Assembly: GCA_965216625.1 (NCBI GenBank)
Contig: OZ244186.1
Location: forward strand, 1,795,912-1,859,911
Reading direction: 5' to 3'
Length of the DNA stretch: 64,000 bases
From: Alphaproteobacteria bacterium
GTDB lineage: Bacteria; Pseudomonadota; Alphaproteobacteria; JABAAW01
The position numbers and the translations under genes were made by a program. Within the stretch, counting starts at the first letter, position 1. Each line of letters starts with the position of its first letter. Under the pieces are notes generated by a model. The model made no database searches and was not told where the DNA came from. It was given only the letters and a program-made list of their open reading frames with translations. This document shows positions 9,501-19,990 of this stretch, piece after piece.

Positions 9501-10832
9501 ATGCCACTTGAGTTTATCCCGCACGACGAGGGGTTAGGGGACGAGGACATCAATCCTTTACAACGCCTTGTTTCCAAGTATCGGTGGCTGGAGCGCAATC
9601 GTTTCGCTTTTTTTGCGACGACTTTTATCATGGTTTTTTTCATTTGGGCGTGTTTTGCCAAGTTGGAGAAGTTTTCTATCGTGCCAGGCAGCGTTGTGCC
9701 GCAGGAGAAAACGCAGGTCATACAGCATTTGGAGGGAGGAATCATCGAGGACATCACCGTCAATATCGGCGATCAGGTAGAGAAGGGAGACTTGCTGTTT
9801 CGCATCAACTTGGCGGGCAGCCAACGCGAGGAGCAGCTGCAGGCGGAGCTCGACGGCTATATCTTGCGCAAGGCGCGAATCGAGGCTGCGATCGAGGGCG
9901 TGCCGCTCGCCTTGCCGGAGGAGGAGGTGGCGCGTCGTCCTGAGATCGCTGCTGCCGAGCGCGGTGCTTACTTGTCGGCGCGCAACCAACTTGACAGCGC
10001 GCTGCAAGTCCTTGATGCGCAGATAGAGCAGGAGCGAAGAAAAATCGGCGAAAACGAGGCACGACGCGATACTTTCAACTCTGACCTTGTCATACAAACG
10101 GAGAGTGCCAAGGTTAAAGAAGATTTGTTCAGGCAGGGGTTAGGCGCGCGGATCGAGTATTTGGAGGCAAAGGCGCGAGTAGAGCAGATCGAGGGGAGGC
10201 TCAAGGAGTTGGAGGAGGTTATTCTTGCGGCTAGGTCTGCTCTCGTTCAGGTGCAGGCGCGGCGCGAGGAGGTTTTGCGCGAGAATCAGGGTAGTTTATC
10301 GCGCGAGAAGGTTGCGACTGATAATGTTCTTGCGCAGGCACGCATTGAGTATCAGCGTGCGCTTGATGCTGCGGCGCGCACTGAGGTTGCTGCTCCTTTG
10401 CGAGGCATTGTAAAGCAGATTTACTTCAACACTATTGGAGGAGTTGTGCGACCGGGCGATCCTGTTATGGAGATTGTTCCTTCCAGCGAGAATCTTGTTG
10501 TTGAGGGCAGGTTGGCGCCGCATGAGCGGGGTTTTGTAAAAATTGATCAGGATGCGGTTGTAAAGATCACGGCGTATGATTTTTTGTTGTATGGGGGGTT
10601 GCGGGGCAAGGTTGAGCAGATTTCTGCGGACACTTTGACTGCTCCGGATGGGGCTACTTATTTTCGGGTTGTGATTCGCACGGATAGGACTTACTTGGGC
10701 GATCAGCCGGGCAATTTACCTATTTCGCCGGGCATGGAGGTTACGGCGGACATTCATACGGACAATCGGAGTGTTCTTTCTTATGTGTTGCGTCCTATTT
10801 TTCGGTTGAAGAATAGTGCGTTTCGCGAGTAG
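9501..10832 (+). CDS. Type I secretion membrane-fusion protein (HlyD family)
   Basis: One N-terminal transmembrane segment, a long coiled-coil and a C-terminal 'PGMEV' lipoyl/beta-barrel region are typical of HlyD. It lies immediately downstream of the T1SS ABC gene. Confidence 0.9.
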   Translation: MPLEFIPHDEGLGDEDINPLQRLVSKYRWLERNRFAFFATTFIMVFFIWACFAKLEKFSIVPGSVVPQEKTQVIQHLEGGIIEDITVNIGDQVEKGDLLFRINLAGSQREEQLQAELDGYILRKARIEAAIEGVPLALPEEEVARRPEIAAAERGAYLSARNQLDSALQVLDAQIEQERRKIGENEARRDTFNSDLVIQTESAKVKEDLFRQGLGARIEYLEAKARVEQIEGRLKELEEVILAARSALVQVQARREEVLRENQGSLSREKVATDNVLAQARIEYQRALDAAARTEVAAPLRGIVKQIYFNTIGGVVRPGDPVMEIVPSSENLVVEGRLAPHERGFVKIDQDAVVKITAYDFLLYGGLRGKVEQISADTLTAPDGATYFRVVIRTDRTYLGDQPGNLPISPGMEVTADIHTDNRSVLSYVLRPIFRLKNSAFRE

Positions 10833-11087
10833 TGCTTTGCGAATGAGTGACGGGACGCTCAATAATAAACGGGCGCAAAACATCGCGTGCGTAGCACGCG
10901 GGGAGCGCGAGGGAGTAATCCCTCGCAAAAGACCCCGCGTCAGCGGGAGGAATTTATCCCCCCGCGCAGTAGTGCGCTTTATCTACGCGCGTAGCGCGTA
11001 GCCTCTTATTCAAAAGCGCGTGGGGGGATAAATTCCCCTCGCAGAAACGCGCAAGCTGACTCTTAACACGGCAAGGCGGGTTTGTTA
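10833..11087. repeat. Mosaic hairpin-repeat array (family also found at eight other loci in this window)
   Basis: It contains modules 'gcgcgagggagtaatccctcgcaaaagaccccgcgtcagcgg' and 'gcgcgtagcgcgtagcctcttattcaaaagcg', which recur elsewhere in the window. Confidence 0.85.
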
Positions 11088-12380
11088 TTATTTATTTTGT
11101 TTGTTGGCTTCTATTATTTGTTCCCATTCTCTAGCGATTTTTTGCCCTGCCATGATTTGTTCTGTTGTTAATATTTTTTTAATATCATTTATCCCTTCCC
11201 TTGCTTTTTTATTTCCCTCCTTGGCAGCGAGTAGAACCAAAGCATAACTGGTAGGAATATCTTGTTTAACACCATAACCATTAACATACATGACAGATAA
11301 ATTACCGAGCGCATTAGCGTGTCCTTGTTCTGCTGCTTTATGATACCACTCGGCTGCCTTTTGATAATCTTCCAGAACGCCTTTTCCTCTTTCGTACATC
11401 ACGCCCAAATTGTATTGTGCGTCAGCTAATCCTTGCTCTGCTGCCTTACGATACCACTCTGCTGCTTTTTGGTAGTCTTCTAACACTCCTCTTCCTATTC
11501 TATAAAAATCACCTAATTTGTATTGCGCAAAAGCTAATCCTTGTTCAGCTGCCTTGCGATACCACACGACAGCTTGCTTGTCATCTTTCTTAACTTCTTT
11601 TCCTTGTTCATGTAGCCTACCTAAATTGAATTGTGCATTAGCATGACCTTGCTCTGCTGCCATACGAAACCACTCGACAGCTTTCCTATCATCTTGCTTA
11701 ATTTCTTTTCCTTTTGCATACGATACGCCCAAATTGAATTGCGCATTAGCATGACCTTGCTCTGCTGCCATACGAAACCACTCGACAGCTTTCCTATCAT
11801 CTTGCTTGATTCCTTTTCCTTTTGCATACGATACGCCCAAATTGAATTGCGCATTAGCATGACCTTGCTCTGCTGCTTTATGAAACCACTCTACAGCCTG
11901 TGTATAATCTTGCTTAACGCCTATTTTTTTTGCATAAGAAACTCCCAAATTATATTGCGCCCCAGCAAGTCCTTGTTCGGCTGCCTTAAGCCACCACTCG
12001 GCAGCTTGTTTATAATCTTGCTTAACGCCTTCGCCTGCCTCGTACATCAAACTTAAATTATACTGCGCAATAGCATTTCCTTGTTTTGCTGCTTTGCGAT
12101 ACCACTTAACAGCTTGTGTATAATCTTGTTTGAGACCTTTCCCTTCTTTATACATCAAACCTAAATAGATTTGCGCGTCAGCATATCCTTGTTTTGCCGC
12201 TTTACGGAATAGAGGAATGGCTTCTGTGTAGTTTTTCTTTTTGTAAAATTTTACTGCTTGCTGGGCAATTTTCTTTGCACCCTGCGCGTGTGCGTCAAGA
12301 GCGAGTGGTAGCGACAAAGGCAAGGCGAGGGCAAGAGTAGTAGCAAAAACTGCCATCCAACGAGGATACTTACGGGACAT
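11088..12380 (-). CDS. Secreted Sel1-like repeat (SLR/TPR-like) protein
   Basis: A Sec signal peptide (MSRKYPRWMAVFATTLALALPLSLPLALDAHA) is followed by about 11 tandem Sel1 motifs ('A.YNLG.MY..G.GV.QD...A..W..KAA.QG.A.AQ'). The GC content is lower than in neighbouring genes. The start was refined to M47 of ORF 11088..12518. Confidence 0.85.
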   Translation of the reverse strand: MSRKYPRWMAVFATTLALALPLSLPLALDAHAQGAKKIAQQAVKFYKKKNYTEAIPLFRKAAKQGYADAQIYLGLMYKEGKGLKQDYTQAVKWYRKAAKQGNAIAQYNLSLMYEAGEGVKQDYKQAAEWWLKAAEQGLAGAQYNLGVSYAKKIGVKQDYTQAVEWFHKAAEQGHANAQFNLGVSYAKGKGIKQDDRKAVEWFRMAAEQGHANAQFNLGVSYAKGKEIKQDDRKAVEWFRMAAEQGHANAQFNLGRLHEQGKEVKKDDKQAVVWYRKAAEQGLAFAQYKLGDFYRIGRGVLEDYQKAAEWYRKAAEQGLADAQYNLGVMYERGKGVLEDYQKAAEWYHKAAEQGHANALGNLSVMYVNGYGVKQDIPTSYALVLLAAKEGNKKAREGINDIKKILTTEQIMAGQKIAREWEQIIEANKQNK

Positions 12381-13307
12381 GGGAAGACTCCTATTTTTCT
12401 TTGTTGATAGGATAAGAGTAGTAAAAACTTCATGCCTTGTCAACAAAGCTTGTGTCTGCCTTTGCGATGCGCGCTCCTCATAAAGCGCAGGCGAGCAAAG
12501 GCAGACACACACAAGCACAACAGAATCGCCGTGCCATGTTACGAGTCAGTATTGCGCGAGGCAAGCCTCGCGCTTTGGCACAAGAGGCTACGCGCTACGC
12601 GCGTAGTTTTTTCAATCTCTAGGACGAAGAAAACATTGTCGCCCGCCGTGTTAAGAGTCAGCTTGCGTATTGCTTCGCAATACGCTTTTGAATAAGAGGC
12701 GCACTTCGTGCGATTCTTTTTGTCGCTATCTTCTAGGCAAAATTAAAGACGCTCTACCATGCTATGAGTCAGCTTGCGCGAGGCAAGCCTCGCGCTTTGG
12801 GACAAGAGGCTACGCGCTACGCGCGTAGTTTTTTCAATCTCTAAGACGAGGAAAACAGAATCGCTCTACCATGTTAAGAGTCAGCTTGCGCGTTTCTGCG
12901 AAACGCGCTTTTGAACAAGAGGCGCGCTACGCGCGATTCTTTTTGTCGCTATCTTCTAGGCAAAATTAAAGACGCTCTACCATGTTAAGAGTCAGCATTG
13001 CGCGAGGCAAGCCTCGCGCTTTGGGATAAGAGGCGCACTGCGTGCGATTCTTTTTGTCTATAGGGCGAGGAAAACATTGTCGCCGCGCCGTGTTAAGAGT
13101 CAGCTTGCGCGTTTCTGCGAAACGCGCTTTTGAATAAGAGGCTACACACTTTGCGCTTCGCGCAAAGTGTGTAGAAGGCGCTATCGCGCCCCGCTGACGC
13201 GGGGTCTTTTGCGAGGGATTACTCCCTCGCGCTCCCCGCGTGCTACGCACGCGATGTTTTGCATCCGTTTATTATTGCGATTCCCGTCATTCGTTCGCGA
13301 GCTCGTC
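12381..13307. repeat. Tandem array of about eight ~105-110-bp units, each a conserved scaffold plus a variable perfect hairpin
   Basis: The scaffold 'ccatgttaagagtcagcttgcg[hairpin]cttttgaa.aagaggc[hairpin]gattctttttgtcgctatcttctaggcaaaattaaagacgctcta' repeats. Hairpin cores vary between units but stay self-complementary, e.g. gcgcgaggcaagcctcgcgc, gcgtattgcttcgcaatacgc, gcgcgtttctgcgaaacgcgc and ctacacactttgcgcttcgcgcaaagtgtgtag. Confidence 0.9.
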
Positions 13308-14275
13308 CTATCGTTCGCTAGCCCGCAAGTCGCCAGCCCGCAAGTCGTCAGCCCGTAAGCGTTGCACCAAAGCCTCCAGCCCCCTCCGATAGTCAGGATA
13401 CCGCAACCGCACCCCCAACTCCCGCTTCATCTTCTCATTGCTCGCCCGCTTACACTCCCCATGAAAACTCCACGCCATATCAGAAAGCAACCCACTCGCC
13501 CTCGCCTCACCACTCGAAACTAACGCAGGAGCACCACACCCCAATAACTCCGCCGCATACAAAAAAGGCTCGTGAGACCTCGCAGGAAAATCATCGCAAA
13601 TGTTGAAAATACCCACAGACCCCCCACGCGCCGCGCACAAAATAGCAGTAACTAAATCCTCAACATGAATACGGTTAAATACTCCCTCGCTACATACAAT
13701 AGGTCTCTCTTCTTTTTTCTCTTCCTTTTCTTTTTCCTTCGCACGCAAACGCAACAGCGCATTGCGCCCCTCTCCGTAAATGCCAGCAATACGCAACAAA
13801 CAGAGCCTCGCTCCGATGCCATCCGCTAATTTTTGCCACTCCCGCTCGGCACGCAACCTCCTCTCTCCGCGCTTACTCAAAGGTAAGGCAGGTGGAGTCC
13901 ACTCCTCAACGCAACTTCCCCCATGGTCCCCATAAACCGAAAGACTGGAACAATAACAAAGCCACGGAATACCGCGGAGCGCATCTCCATAACGCGCAAG
14001 CACCGCATCTCCCCCCTCATCAGGAGGAACACAGCTCACAAGATGAGTCGTCTCTTCGAGTGCCAGTCGCACGCCTTCCTCATCCTCAAAGGGAATAACC
14101 TCTATCCCCGCGTGCCTGCGACTTGAAGTGCCGACAACACGAAATACCATAGCATCGTCCCCATCCTGCCGCGCGGGAGTTTGGGCGGGAGTTTGCGCCT
14201 GTCGAGCCAAGCGCGCGCCGATGTAGCCTAATCCGAAACAGAAGAGAACAGGCACAACGCCTCCGAGTAAGAGCA
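13308..14275 (-). CDS. NAD-dependent epimerase/dehydratase (SDR) family protein; start uncertain
   Basis: A Rossmann motif 'FGLGYIGARLA' and an extended-SDR C-terminal region are present. The ORF-track N-terminal extension overlaps folE and is rejected. A likely TTG/alternative start lies near 14275, and ATG 'MVFRVV' at ~14147 would truncate the GxGxxG motif. Confidence 0.55.
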
Positions 14276-14302
14276 ATCCACGCCTTAAGTCAGGCTGCGG
14301 AT

Positions 14303-14908
14303 TTATTTTCCGATAGCGCGCAGAAACTCGTTTTGCAACGCTCGATCGCTTTCGCAGGCAAAGGCACCGCTGTAGCGGCTGGTCACCATGACGACATTCG
14401 CCTGCCCTACTCCTCGCGTTGTCATGCAGTGATGGGTTGCCTCGACGAAGACGGCGGTACCTCTTGGCTGCAAGGCTTCGACCAGCGTGTTCGATATTTG
14501 CGCTGTGAACTTCTCCTGAATCTGCAGCCTCCGAGCAAACATTTCGGTCAGACGCACCAACTTGGAAATGCCGATAATGCGCTTGTCGGGCAAGTAGGCG
14601 ATATGCACAACGCCTGTCATCGGTGCCATGTGATGCTCGCAATGCGAGGCGAAGGCGATGTTGCGCAACAACACCATGTCCTTGTAGTTCTCGGTCTCGC
14701 GGAAGAAGCGGTTCAGATAGTCTTCGGGATGTTCGCGGTAACCCTTGTAGTATTCCTTGAAGGCTTGCACGACGCGCTTGGGGGTATCGAGCAAGCCCTC
14801 GCGAGTGGGATCGTCGCCCGCAAAGCGTAGCAAGACGCGCACCGCCTCTTCGGCGTCGTTGTCGGTGATGGGAGTGGGGGGGCAAGAAGGTGCCTTCGAT
14901 GAGGACAT
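14303..14908 (-). CDS. folE: GTP cyclohydrolase I
   Basis: '...NIAFASHCEHHMAPMTGVVHIAYLP...ISKLVR' matches the FolE active-site region. The start was refined to 'MSSSKAP'. Confidence 0.9.
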   Translation of the reverse strand: MSSSKAPSCPPTPITDNDAEEAVRVLLRFAGDDPTREGLLDTPKRVVQAFKEYYKGYREHPEDYLNRFFRETENYKDMVLLRNIAFASHCEHHMAPMTGVVHIAYLPDKRIIGISKLVRLTEMFARRLQIQEKFTAQISNTLVEALQPRGTAVFVEATHHCMTTRGVGQANVVMVTSRYSGAFACESDRALQNEFLRAIGK

Positions 14909-14936
14909 AGAAAAATCCTTTGGAGAAATCCTTTTT

Positions 14937-16154
14937 TTAATGTGCGTTGTGAAAAACAAGTTTCTTGTCGTGAAGGCGGAAGCGCGTCCACAATTCCTCG
15001 AAGGCTTCTACCAGCACCTCGATCAGACCTTCGTCGTGTAACGGCGAGGGAGTAAGGCGCAGACGTTCAAAGCCGCGTGGCACGGTAGGATAGTTGATCG
15101 GCTGCATGTAGAGTCCGTAATCTTCGAGCAAGGCATCCGAAACCTTGCGACACAGCGAGGCGTCTCCGATCATGACGGGAACGATATGGCTTGGGTTGTC
15201 GATGAAGGGAATGGCTTTTTCGCGCAGACGTTGTTTCAACAGGTGTACATTTTTCTGCTGTAGCACTCTGAGGTCGTCGGCATCGCGCACGATTCGCACT
15301 GCGGCGCGTGCGCCTGCGATCAGGACGGGAGGCAGGGCGGTTGTGAAGATGAAGCCGTTGCCGAAGGATCGCAGGAAATCGATTGTGTCGCTGTTGCCTG
15401 CCACATAGCCGCCGAAGGTTCCGAAGGCTTTAGCGAGCGTGCCTTGGATCAAATCGATCGAGCCTGCCACTTTGTCGCGCGCGGCGATGCCTGCGCCTTG
15501 GGGTCCGTAGAGACCGACGGCGTGCACTTCGTCTAGGTAGGTCATTGCGCCGTGTTCGAGGGCTACTTCTGCGATTTCTTTCAGGGGAGCGATGTCGCCG
15601 TCCATCGAATAGACCGATTCGAAGACGACCATTTTCGGGCGTGTGCTGTCGTCTTTCTTCAACAGACGCGCTAGATCTTGTGCGTCGTTGTGGCGGAAGA
15701 TGCGTTTGTCGCAGCGTGCGAGGCGCAATCCTTCGATGATGGAGTTGTGGTTTTGCGCGTCCGAATAGACGATCAGCCCTTCGATCTGCGTGCCGAGCGT
15801 AGCGAGCGCGGTCAGGTTTGCGACATAGCCACTAGAAAATAGCAGGGCTTTTTCTTTGCCGTGATAGTCTGCCAGTTCGATTTCCAATCGCACGTGGTCG
15901 CGGTGTGTCCCTGAGATATTGCGTGTTCCTCCGCAACCTGCGCCGCTTTCGTCCAGCGAGGTGTGCATGGCATCTAGCAGGCGGCGATCTTGTCCGAGTG
16001 CCAAGTAATCGTTCGAGCACCAAACGGTGATATCTTGCTTGTCGATATCGGGACGAAACAGGGCGGCTTGCGGGAAGGATCCGCAGCGGCGTTGGAGGGG
16101 GGTGAAAACGCGATAGCGTCCTTCGCTACGAATAGCGGCGAGGCGAGAGGCCAT
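14937..16154 (-). CDS. hemA: 5-aminolevulinate synthase (ALAS)
   Basis: 'EGRYRVF...[14 protein letters not shown]' is the ALAS signature, and the PLP-lysine region '[16 protein letters not shown]' is present. The start was refined to 'MASRLAAI'. Confidence 0.9.
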   Translation of the reverse strand: MASRLAAIRSEGRYRVFTPLQRRCGSFPQAALFRPDIDKQDITVWCSNDYLALGQDRRLLDAMHTSLDESGAGCGGTRNISGTHRDHVRLEIELADYHGKEKALLFSSGYVANLTALATLGTQIEGLIVYSDAQNHNSIIEGLRLARCDKRIFRHNDAQDLARLLKKDDSTRPKMVVFESVYSMDGDIAPLKEIAEVALEHGAMTYLDEVHAVGLYGPQGAGIAARDKVAGSIDLIQGTLAKAFGTFGGYVAGNSDTIDFLRSFGNGFIFTTALPPVLIAGARAAVRIVRDADDLRVLQQKNVHLLKQRLREKAIPFIDNPSHIVPVMIGDASLCRKVSDALLEDYGLYMQPINYPTVPRGFERLRLTPSPLHDEGLIEVLVEAFEELWTRFRLHDKKLVFHNAH

Positions 16155-16329
16155 CTCGTCGGCGAGGGGTCGGGCAGCCGTCATGGGAGGGGGGAGAGAG
16201 GTGCTGTGCTTGGGATCACAGAGGGGGGGGACAATCGTACGAGGGGGGGGCAACGGGGAGGTTGAAAAACTGAGGGAGTTATCATAACAACGAAGCTATT
16301 GTACTTTTTGGATTGCGTGTAAGCAAGCG

Positions 16330-16971
16330 GGCAAAATGGGGAGGCGCGCGTAGTTTTGACGGGCGCGAAAACGAACGCGCGCTTGCGCTCGTGCTTTTTA
16401 AAGGCATACGCTCGCGCAACAGACTTACTTTGTATGATGACGGACGCAAAACATCGCGTGCGTAGCAAACATCATGGACGCGCATTGCAAGCAACGCGCT
16501 ATGGGGGAGCGCGAGGGAGTAATCCCTCGCAAAAGACCCCGCGTCAGCGGGGGGAATTTATCCCCTCGCGCGCGCAAGCGCGCTTTTCTGCGCGTGAGCG
16601 TAGCGAAACGCGCAGCCTCTTATTCAAAAGCGTATTGCGAAGCAATACGCAAGCTGACTCGCAACATGGTACGGCGATTCTGTTTTCCTCGCCCTAGAGG
16701 CAAAATTAAAGACGCTGTGCCGTGTTACGAGTCAGCTCGGGGACAAATTCCCCTTGCGCGAGGCAAGCCTCGCGCTTTGGTACAAGAGGCTACGCGCTAC
16801 GCGCGTAGAAAAGCGCACTGCGTGCGCTCCGCTGACGCGGGGTCTTCGTGGGGGGAATTTATCCCCCCACACCCCCCGCGCACGCTGCGCGTGCGCATGT
16901 TTTGCATTCGTAAAAATTACCCGCGTCCCCCAATGTGCGCCAGTGCGCGTTCGTTTTTGCATCCGTCAAGA
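16330..16971. repeat. Mosaic hairpin-repeat array
   Basis: It carries the same scaffold and hairpin modules as 12381-13307, in both orientations. Apparent ORFs here (e.g. 16474..17061) are repeat artefacts. Confidence 0.85.
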
Positions 16972-18060
16972 CTATACGCGTCGCTCCCAGCCCTCCTCGC
17001 CAAAGCCAATCTCGCGCTCCAAAAACTCCCCCAAGCCTGCAAATCGAGAATGCTCCGCTAACCTTCTTCGACAACGCCTCATCGTCGTCACTAACCACCC
17101 CCCATAACGACCCCCTCCCCGCAAGCGCGAAAGACGATGCAGAATGCCAATCATCCGCAACTCTCGATGCAACGCGCACAAAGCATAATGCCGCACCGCA
17201 GAAATATCACCACACCCCGCATAAGCCCGCTCATAACAACCCCATAACGCCTCGCGCTGCACAGCAGGCATCGACCACAATCCATCCTCCAACAACGAGA
17301 CAACATCGTAACAACGCGGCGCAATGTGCGCATCCTGAAAATCAATGAAGACACAACGCTCCCCTTTATCAAGCACGAACAAGTTCTCGATATGCACATC
17401 GCCCAACACAAGAGCAAGCTCACCCTCGCAAAACGCAGCGTCTCGGTAGAGATCACGCCACAATCCCTCCCAAACAAGTCGCTGCTCTTTTGTCAGAAAA
17501 ATATCGGCGAAAGACATCGTCTGTTCAACGAATCGCTCCTCGGTAAAAGCAGGCAGAATGTCAGGAGCAAACTTCGTGTCGATTCTAGAAAGGCGGATCA
17601 GATCATCCACAGCCCGTTGGAACATCGGCAAGCAACCCTCAATACCGCGCGATTCGAGCGCGTGCGCGTAGCTGTTCTCGCCCAAGTCCTCGATGACAGC
17701 AAGGTCGTTTTTGCCATCGATCGCCTCGATAAACGGCACACGCAAACCCACGCGCGTCAGAAAGGAGGTCATATCTTGCAAACGCCGCAAGTAAGGCACA
17801 AAGCAAGGAGTATCCGAAGACTCCGCCTCCCGTCGCGCATCGATGAGAATCGCGCTCGTCGCAAGGATATTCGTATTTTTGCCCGTCTTCTCGCTCGTCT
17901 TCAATCTGTTATGAAGTCGAAACAATCGTCGCTCCGATCCTGACAGAGGCAAAGGCTCGACACTCCTCCATCCTCGCAAAACAGGAGAGGGAGGCAAGCA
18001 AGCTGTTTCTCTTTCCGTCTCTCCCAGCCCTCCCAGTTCTCCCCCGGGCTTGTCAGGCAA
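16972..18060 (-). CDS. Phosphotransferase enzyme family (APH/CHK-like kinase) protein
   Basis: Brenner/catalytic motifs 'LVLGDVHIENLFV' (HxDxxxxN-like) and 'VFIDFQDA' (DFG-like) are present, with an N-terminal Gly-rich lobe. It lies 7 nt downstream of the ftsH stop on the same strand. The substrate is unknown; it could be an AmgK-like sugar kinase. Confidence 0.6.
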   Translation of the reverse strand: MPDKPGGELGGLGETERETACLPPSPVLRGWRSVEPLPLSGSERRLFRLHNRLKTSEKTGKNTNILATSAILIDARREAESSDTPCFVPYLRRLQDMTSFLTRVGLRVPFIEAIDGKNDLAVIEDLGENSYAHALESRGIEGCLPMFQRAVDDLIRLSRIDTKFAPDILPAFTEERFVEQTMSFADIFLTKEQRLVWEGLWRDLYRDAAFCEGELALVLGDVHIENLFVLDKGERCVFIDFQDAHIAPRCYDVVSLLEDGLWSMPAVQREALWGCYERAYAGCGDISAVRHYALCALHRELRMIGILHRLSRLRGGGRYGGWLVTTMRRCRRRLAEHSRFAGLGEFLEREIGFGEEGWERRV

Positions 18061-18067
18061 AACGCGC

Positions 18068-19990
18068 TTAGCCCGCTTGGGGTTTGGCAGTCATCCCCTT
18101 CATCCCCAAGCCTGCGACCGCAATATCGGGCAGACTTGCGCGGCGTTTTTTGGTAGCGGCGGGCTTGCGTGGCTTTATTTCTCGCGCGAGTTTGCGCCCT
18201 GCCAAGACATCGTTGATGTCTTGCCCGCTCAAGGTTTCAAAGGTTAGCAACGCCTTAGCGAGCGTGTGCAGCTGCTTTTTGTTTTTCTTCAGAATTTTCT
18301 CGCAAGATTTATATGCTTGGTCGACGAATCGTCGTGTTTCTGCGTCGATGGCGTTTGCGGTCGCCTCCGAGATATTCTGTTGCCTTGCGATCGAATGTCC
18401 CAAGAAAACCTCTTCTTGGTTTTCCTGATAGCGAATGGGACCCAACTCGTCGGACATGCCCCACTCGGTCACCATCTTTCGTGCGATGGCGGTCGCCTGT
18501 TGAATGTCGCTTGCGGCACCTGTTGTAATTTTTTCTTTGCCAAAGATCATTTCTTCGGCGATGCGTCCTCCCATAGCGACGATGATGTTTGCTTCCAGTT
18601 GGTCTTTCGCAAGCGAGATGTGGTCGCGGGCAGGCAAGCGCATGACCATGCCCAAGGCGCGTCCGCGCGGAATGATCGTCGCCTTGTGCACAGGATCGGA
18701 GGCAGGACAGGAGAGCGCGGCGATGGCGTGTCCGCTCTCGTGATAGGCGGTCAGGCGACGTTCTTCTTCCGACATCACCATCGACTTGCGCTCGCTACCC
18801 ATCAGCACTTTGTCTTTGGCGTCTTCCAGCTCGCTTAGGGTGACAAGTCGTTTGTCGCGTCGGGCTGCGAGCAATGCTGCTTCGTTGACGAGATTTGCTA
18901 AATCCGCGCCTGAAAAACCTGGCGTGCCGCGTGCGATTTGGCGTGCGTCTACATTTGGTGCTTGTGGCACTTTGCGCAGATGGACGAGCAGAATTTTCTC
19001 GCGTCCGTCGATATCGGGATTCGGCACGACTACTTGTCGGTCGAAGCGTCCTGGTCGCAGGAGTGCGGGATCGAGCACATCGGGGCGGTTTGTTGCCGAG
19101 ATTAAGATAACGCCTTCGTTCGTTTCGAAGCCGTCCATTTCGACGAGCAGTTGGTTGAGCGTCTGTTCGCGCTCGTCGTTGCCGCCGCCCAAGCCTGCGC
19201 CGCGGTGTCTGCCGACGGCATCGATTTCGTCGACGAAGATGATGCATGGCGCGTTCTTTTTGCCTTGCTCGAACATGTCGCGCACGCGTGATGCTCCGAC
19301 GCCGACGAACATCTCGACAAAGTCTGAGCCTGAGATTGAGAAAAAAGGCACGTCTGCTTCGCCGGCGACGGCACGTGCGAGCAGCGTTTTACCTGTGCCT
19401 GGGGGGCCGATCAGCAATACGCCTCTGGGAATTTTACCGCCGAGGCGTTGGAACTTTTTCGGATCGCGCAAGAAGGCGATGATTTCTTCTAGTTCTTCTT
19501 TAGCTTCTTCGATACCTGCGACATCGTCGAAGGTGATACGCTCGGTTTTTTCGTTCAGCAGGCGTGCGCGAGAGCGTCCGAATCCCAGCGTTTTTCCTCC
19601 TGCGCCTTGGATTTGTCGCATGAAGAAGACCCATACGCCGATCAGCAGCAGCATGGGGAACCATTGGATCAGGATATAGAGGAACGAGGGGCCTCTGTCG
19701 GGGGGTTCGGCGACTATATCCACTTTAGCTTCGGAGAGTTTGCGCACTAAATCGGGATCGTCGGGCGAGTAGGTTGAGAAGCGTTCGCCTGTTTTTGTTG
19801 TGCCGGAGATACGCTTATCTTCTAGGCGTACGGAGACGACTTGTCCTTCGGCGACGGCGTCTAGGAATTGCGTATAGGTCATGGATTGATTTTTACCGCT
19901 CTTCGGCTTTTTTTGGAACGAGCCGATCAGGAAGGTAAGGGCTGCGACGATGACGAGCCAGACGACGATATTGCGAAGCGAGGGTTTCAT
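18068..19990 (-). CDS. ftsH: ATP-dependent zinc metalloprotease FtsH
   Basis: There are two N-terminal transmembrane segments, an AAA+ module ('[18 protein letters not shown]', 'IIFVDEIDA', SRH '[20 protein letters not shown]') and the HEXGH zinc site ('YHESGHAI'). Confidence 0.97.
   Translation of the reverse strand: MKPSLRNIVVWLVIVAALTFLIGSFQKKPKSGKNQSMTYTQFLDAVAEGQVVSVRLEDKRISGTTKTGERFSTYSPDDPDLVRKLSEAKVDIVAEPPDRGPSFLYILIQWFPMLLLIGVWVFFMRQIQGAGGKTLGFGRSRARLLNEKTERITFDDVAGIEEAKEELEEIIAFLRDPKKFQRLGGKIPRGVLLIGPPGTGKTLLARAVAGEADVPFFSISGSDFVEMFVGVGASRVRDMFEQGKKNAPCIIFVDEIDAVGRHRGAGLGGGNDEREQTLNQLLVEMDGFETNEGVILISATNRPDVLDPALLRPGRFDRQVVVPNPDIDGREKILLVHLRKVPQAPNVDARQIARGTPGFSGADLANLVNEAALLAARRDKRLVTLSELEDAKDKVLMGSERKSMVMSEEERRLTAYHESGHAIAALSCPASDPVHKATIIPRGRALGMVMRLPARDHISLAKDQLEANIIVAMGGRIAEEMIFGKEKITTGAASDIQQATAIARKMVTEWGMSDELGPIRYQENQEEVFLGHSIARQQNISEATANAIDAETRRFVDQAYKSCEKILKKNKKQLHTLAKALLTFETLSGQDINDVLAGRKLAREIKPRKPAATKKRRASLPDIAVAGLGMKGMTAKPQAG

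Noticed and set aside
10833-13307. A CRISPR array?
   Set aside because: The repeats are not identical short direct repeats separated by unique spacers. The constant parts are long (~60 nt), the variable parts are themselves palindromes drawn from a small set, and there are no cas genes.
14276-14885. N-terminal extension of ORF 13308..14885 (MPPHSHH...)
   Set aside because: It overlaps folE on the same strand, is Arg-rich with no homology, and SDR homology including the GxGxxG motif starts much further downstream.
16474-17061. ORFs of 100-200 aa inside repeat arrays (16474..17061, 16754..17107, 20193..20435, 20387..20617, 12432..12695, 13167..13358 and others)
   Set aside because: They lie wholly within palindromic or mosaic repeats, their translations are mirror-image Arg/Ala-rich low-complexity peptides, and they have no start context. 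They are artefacts of high-GC palindromes.
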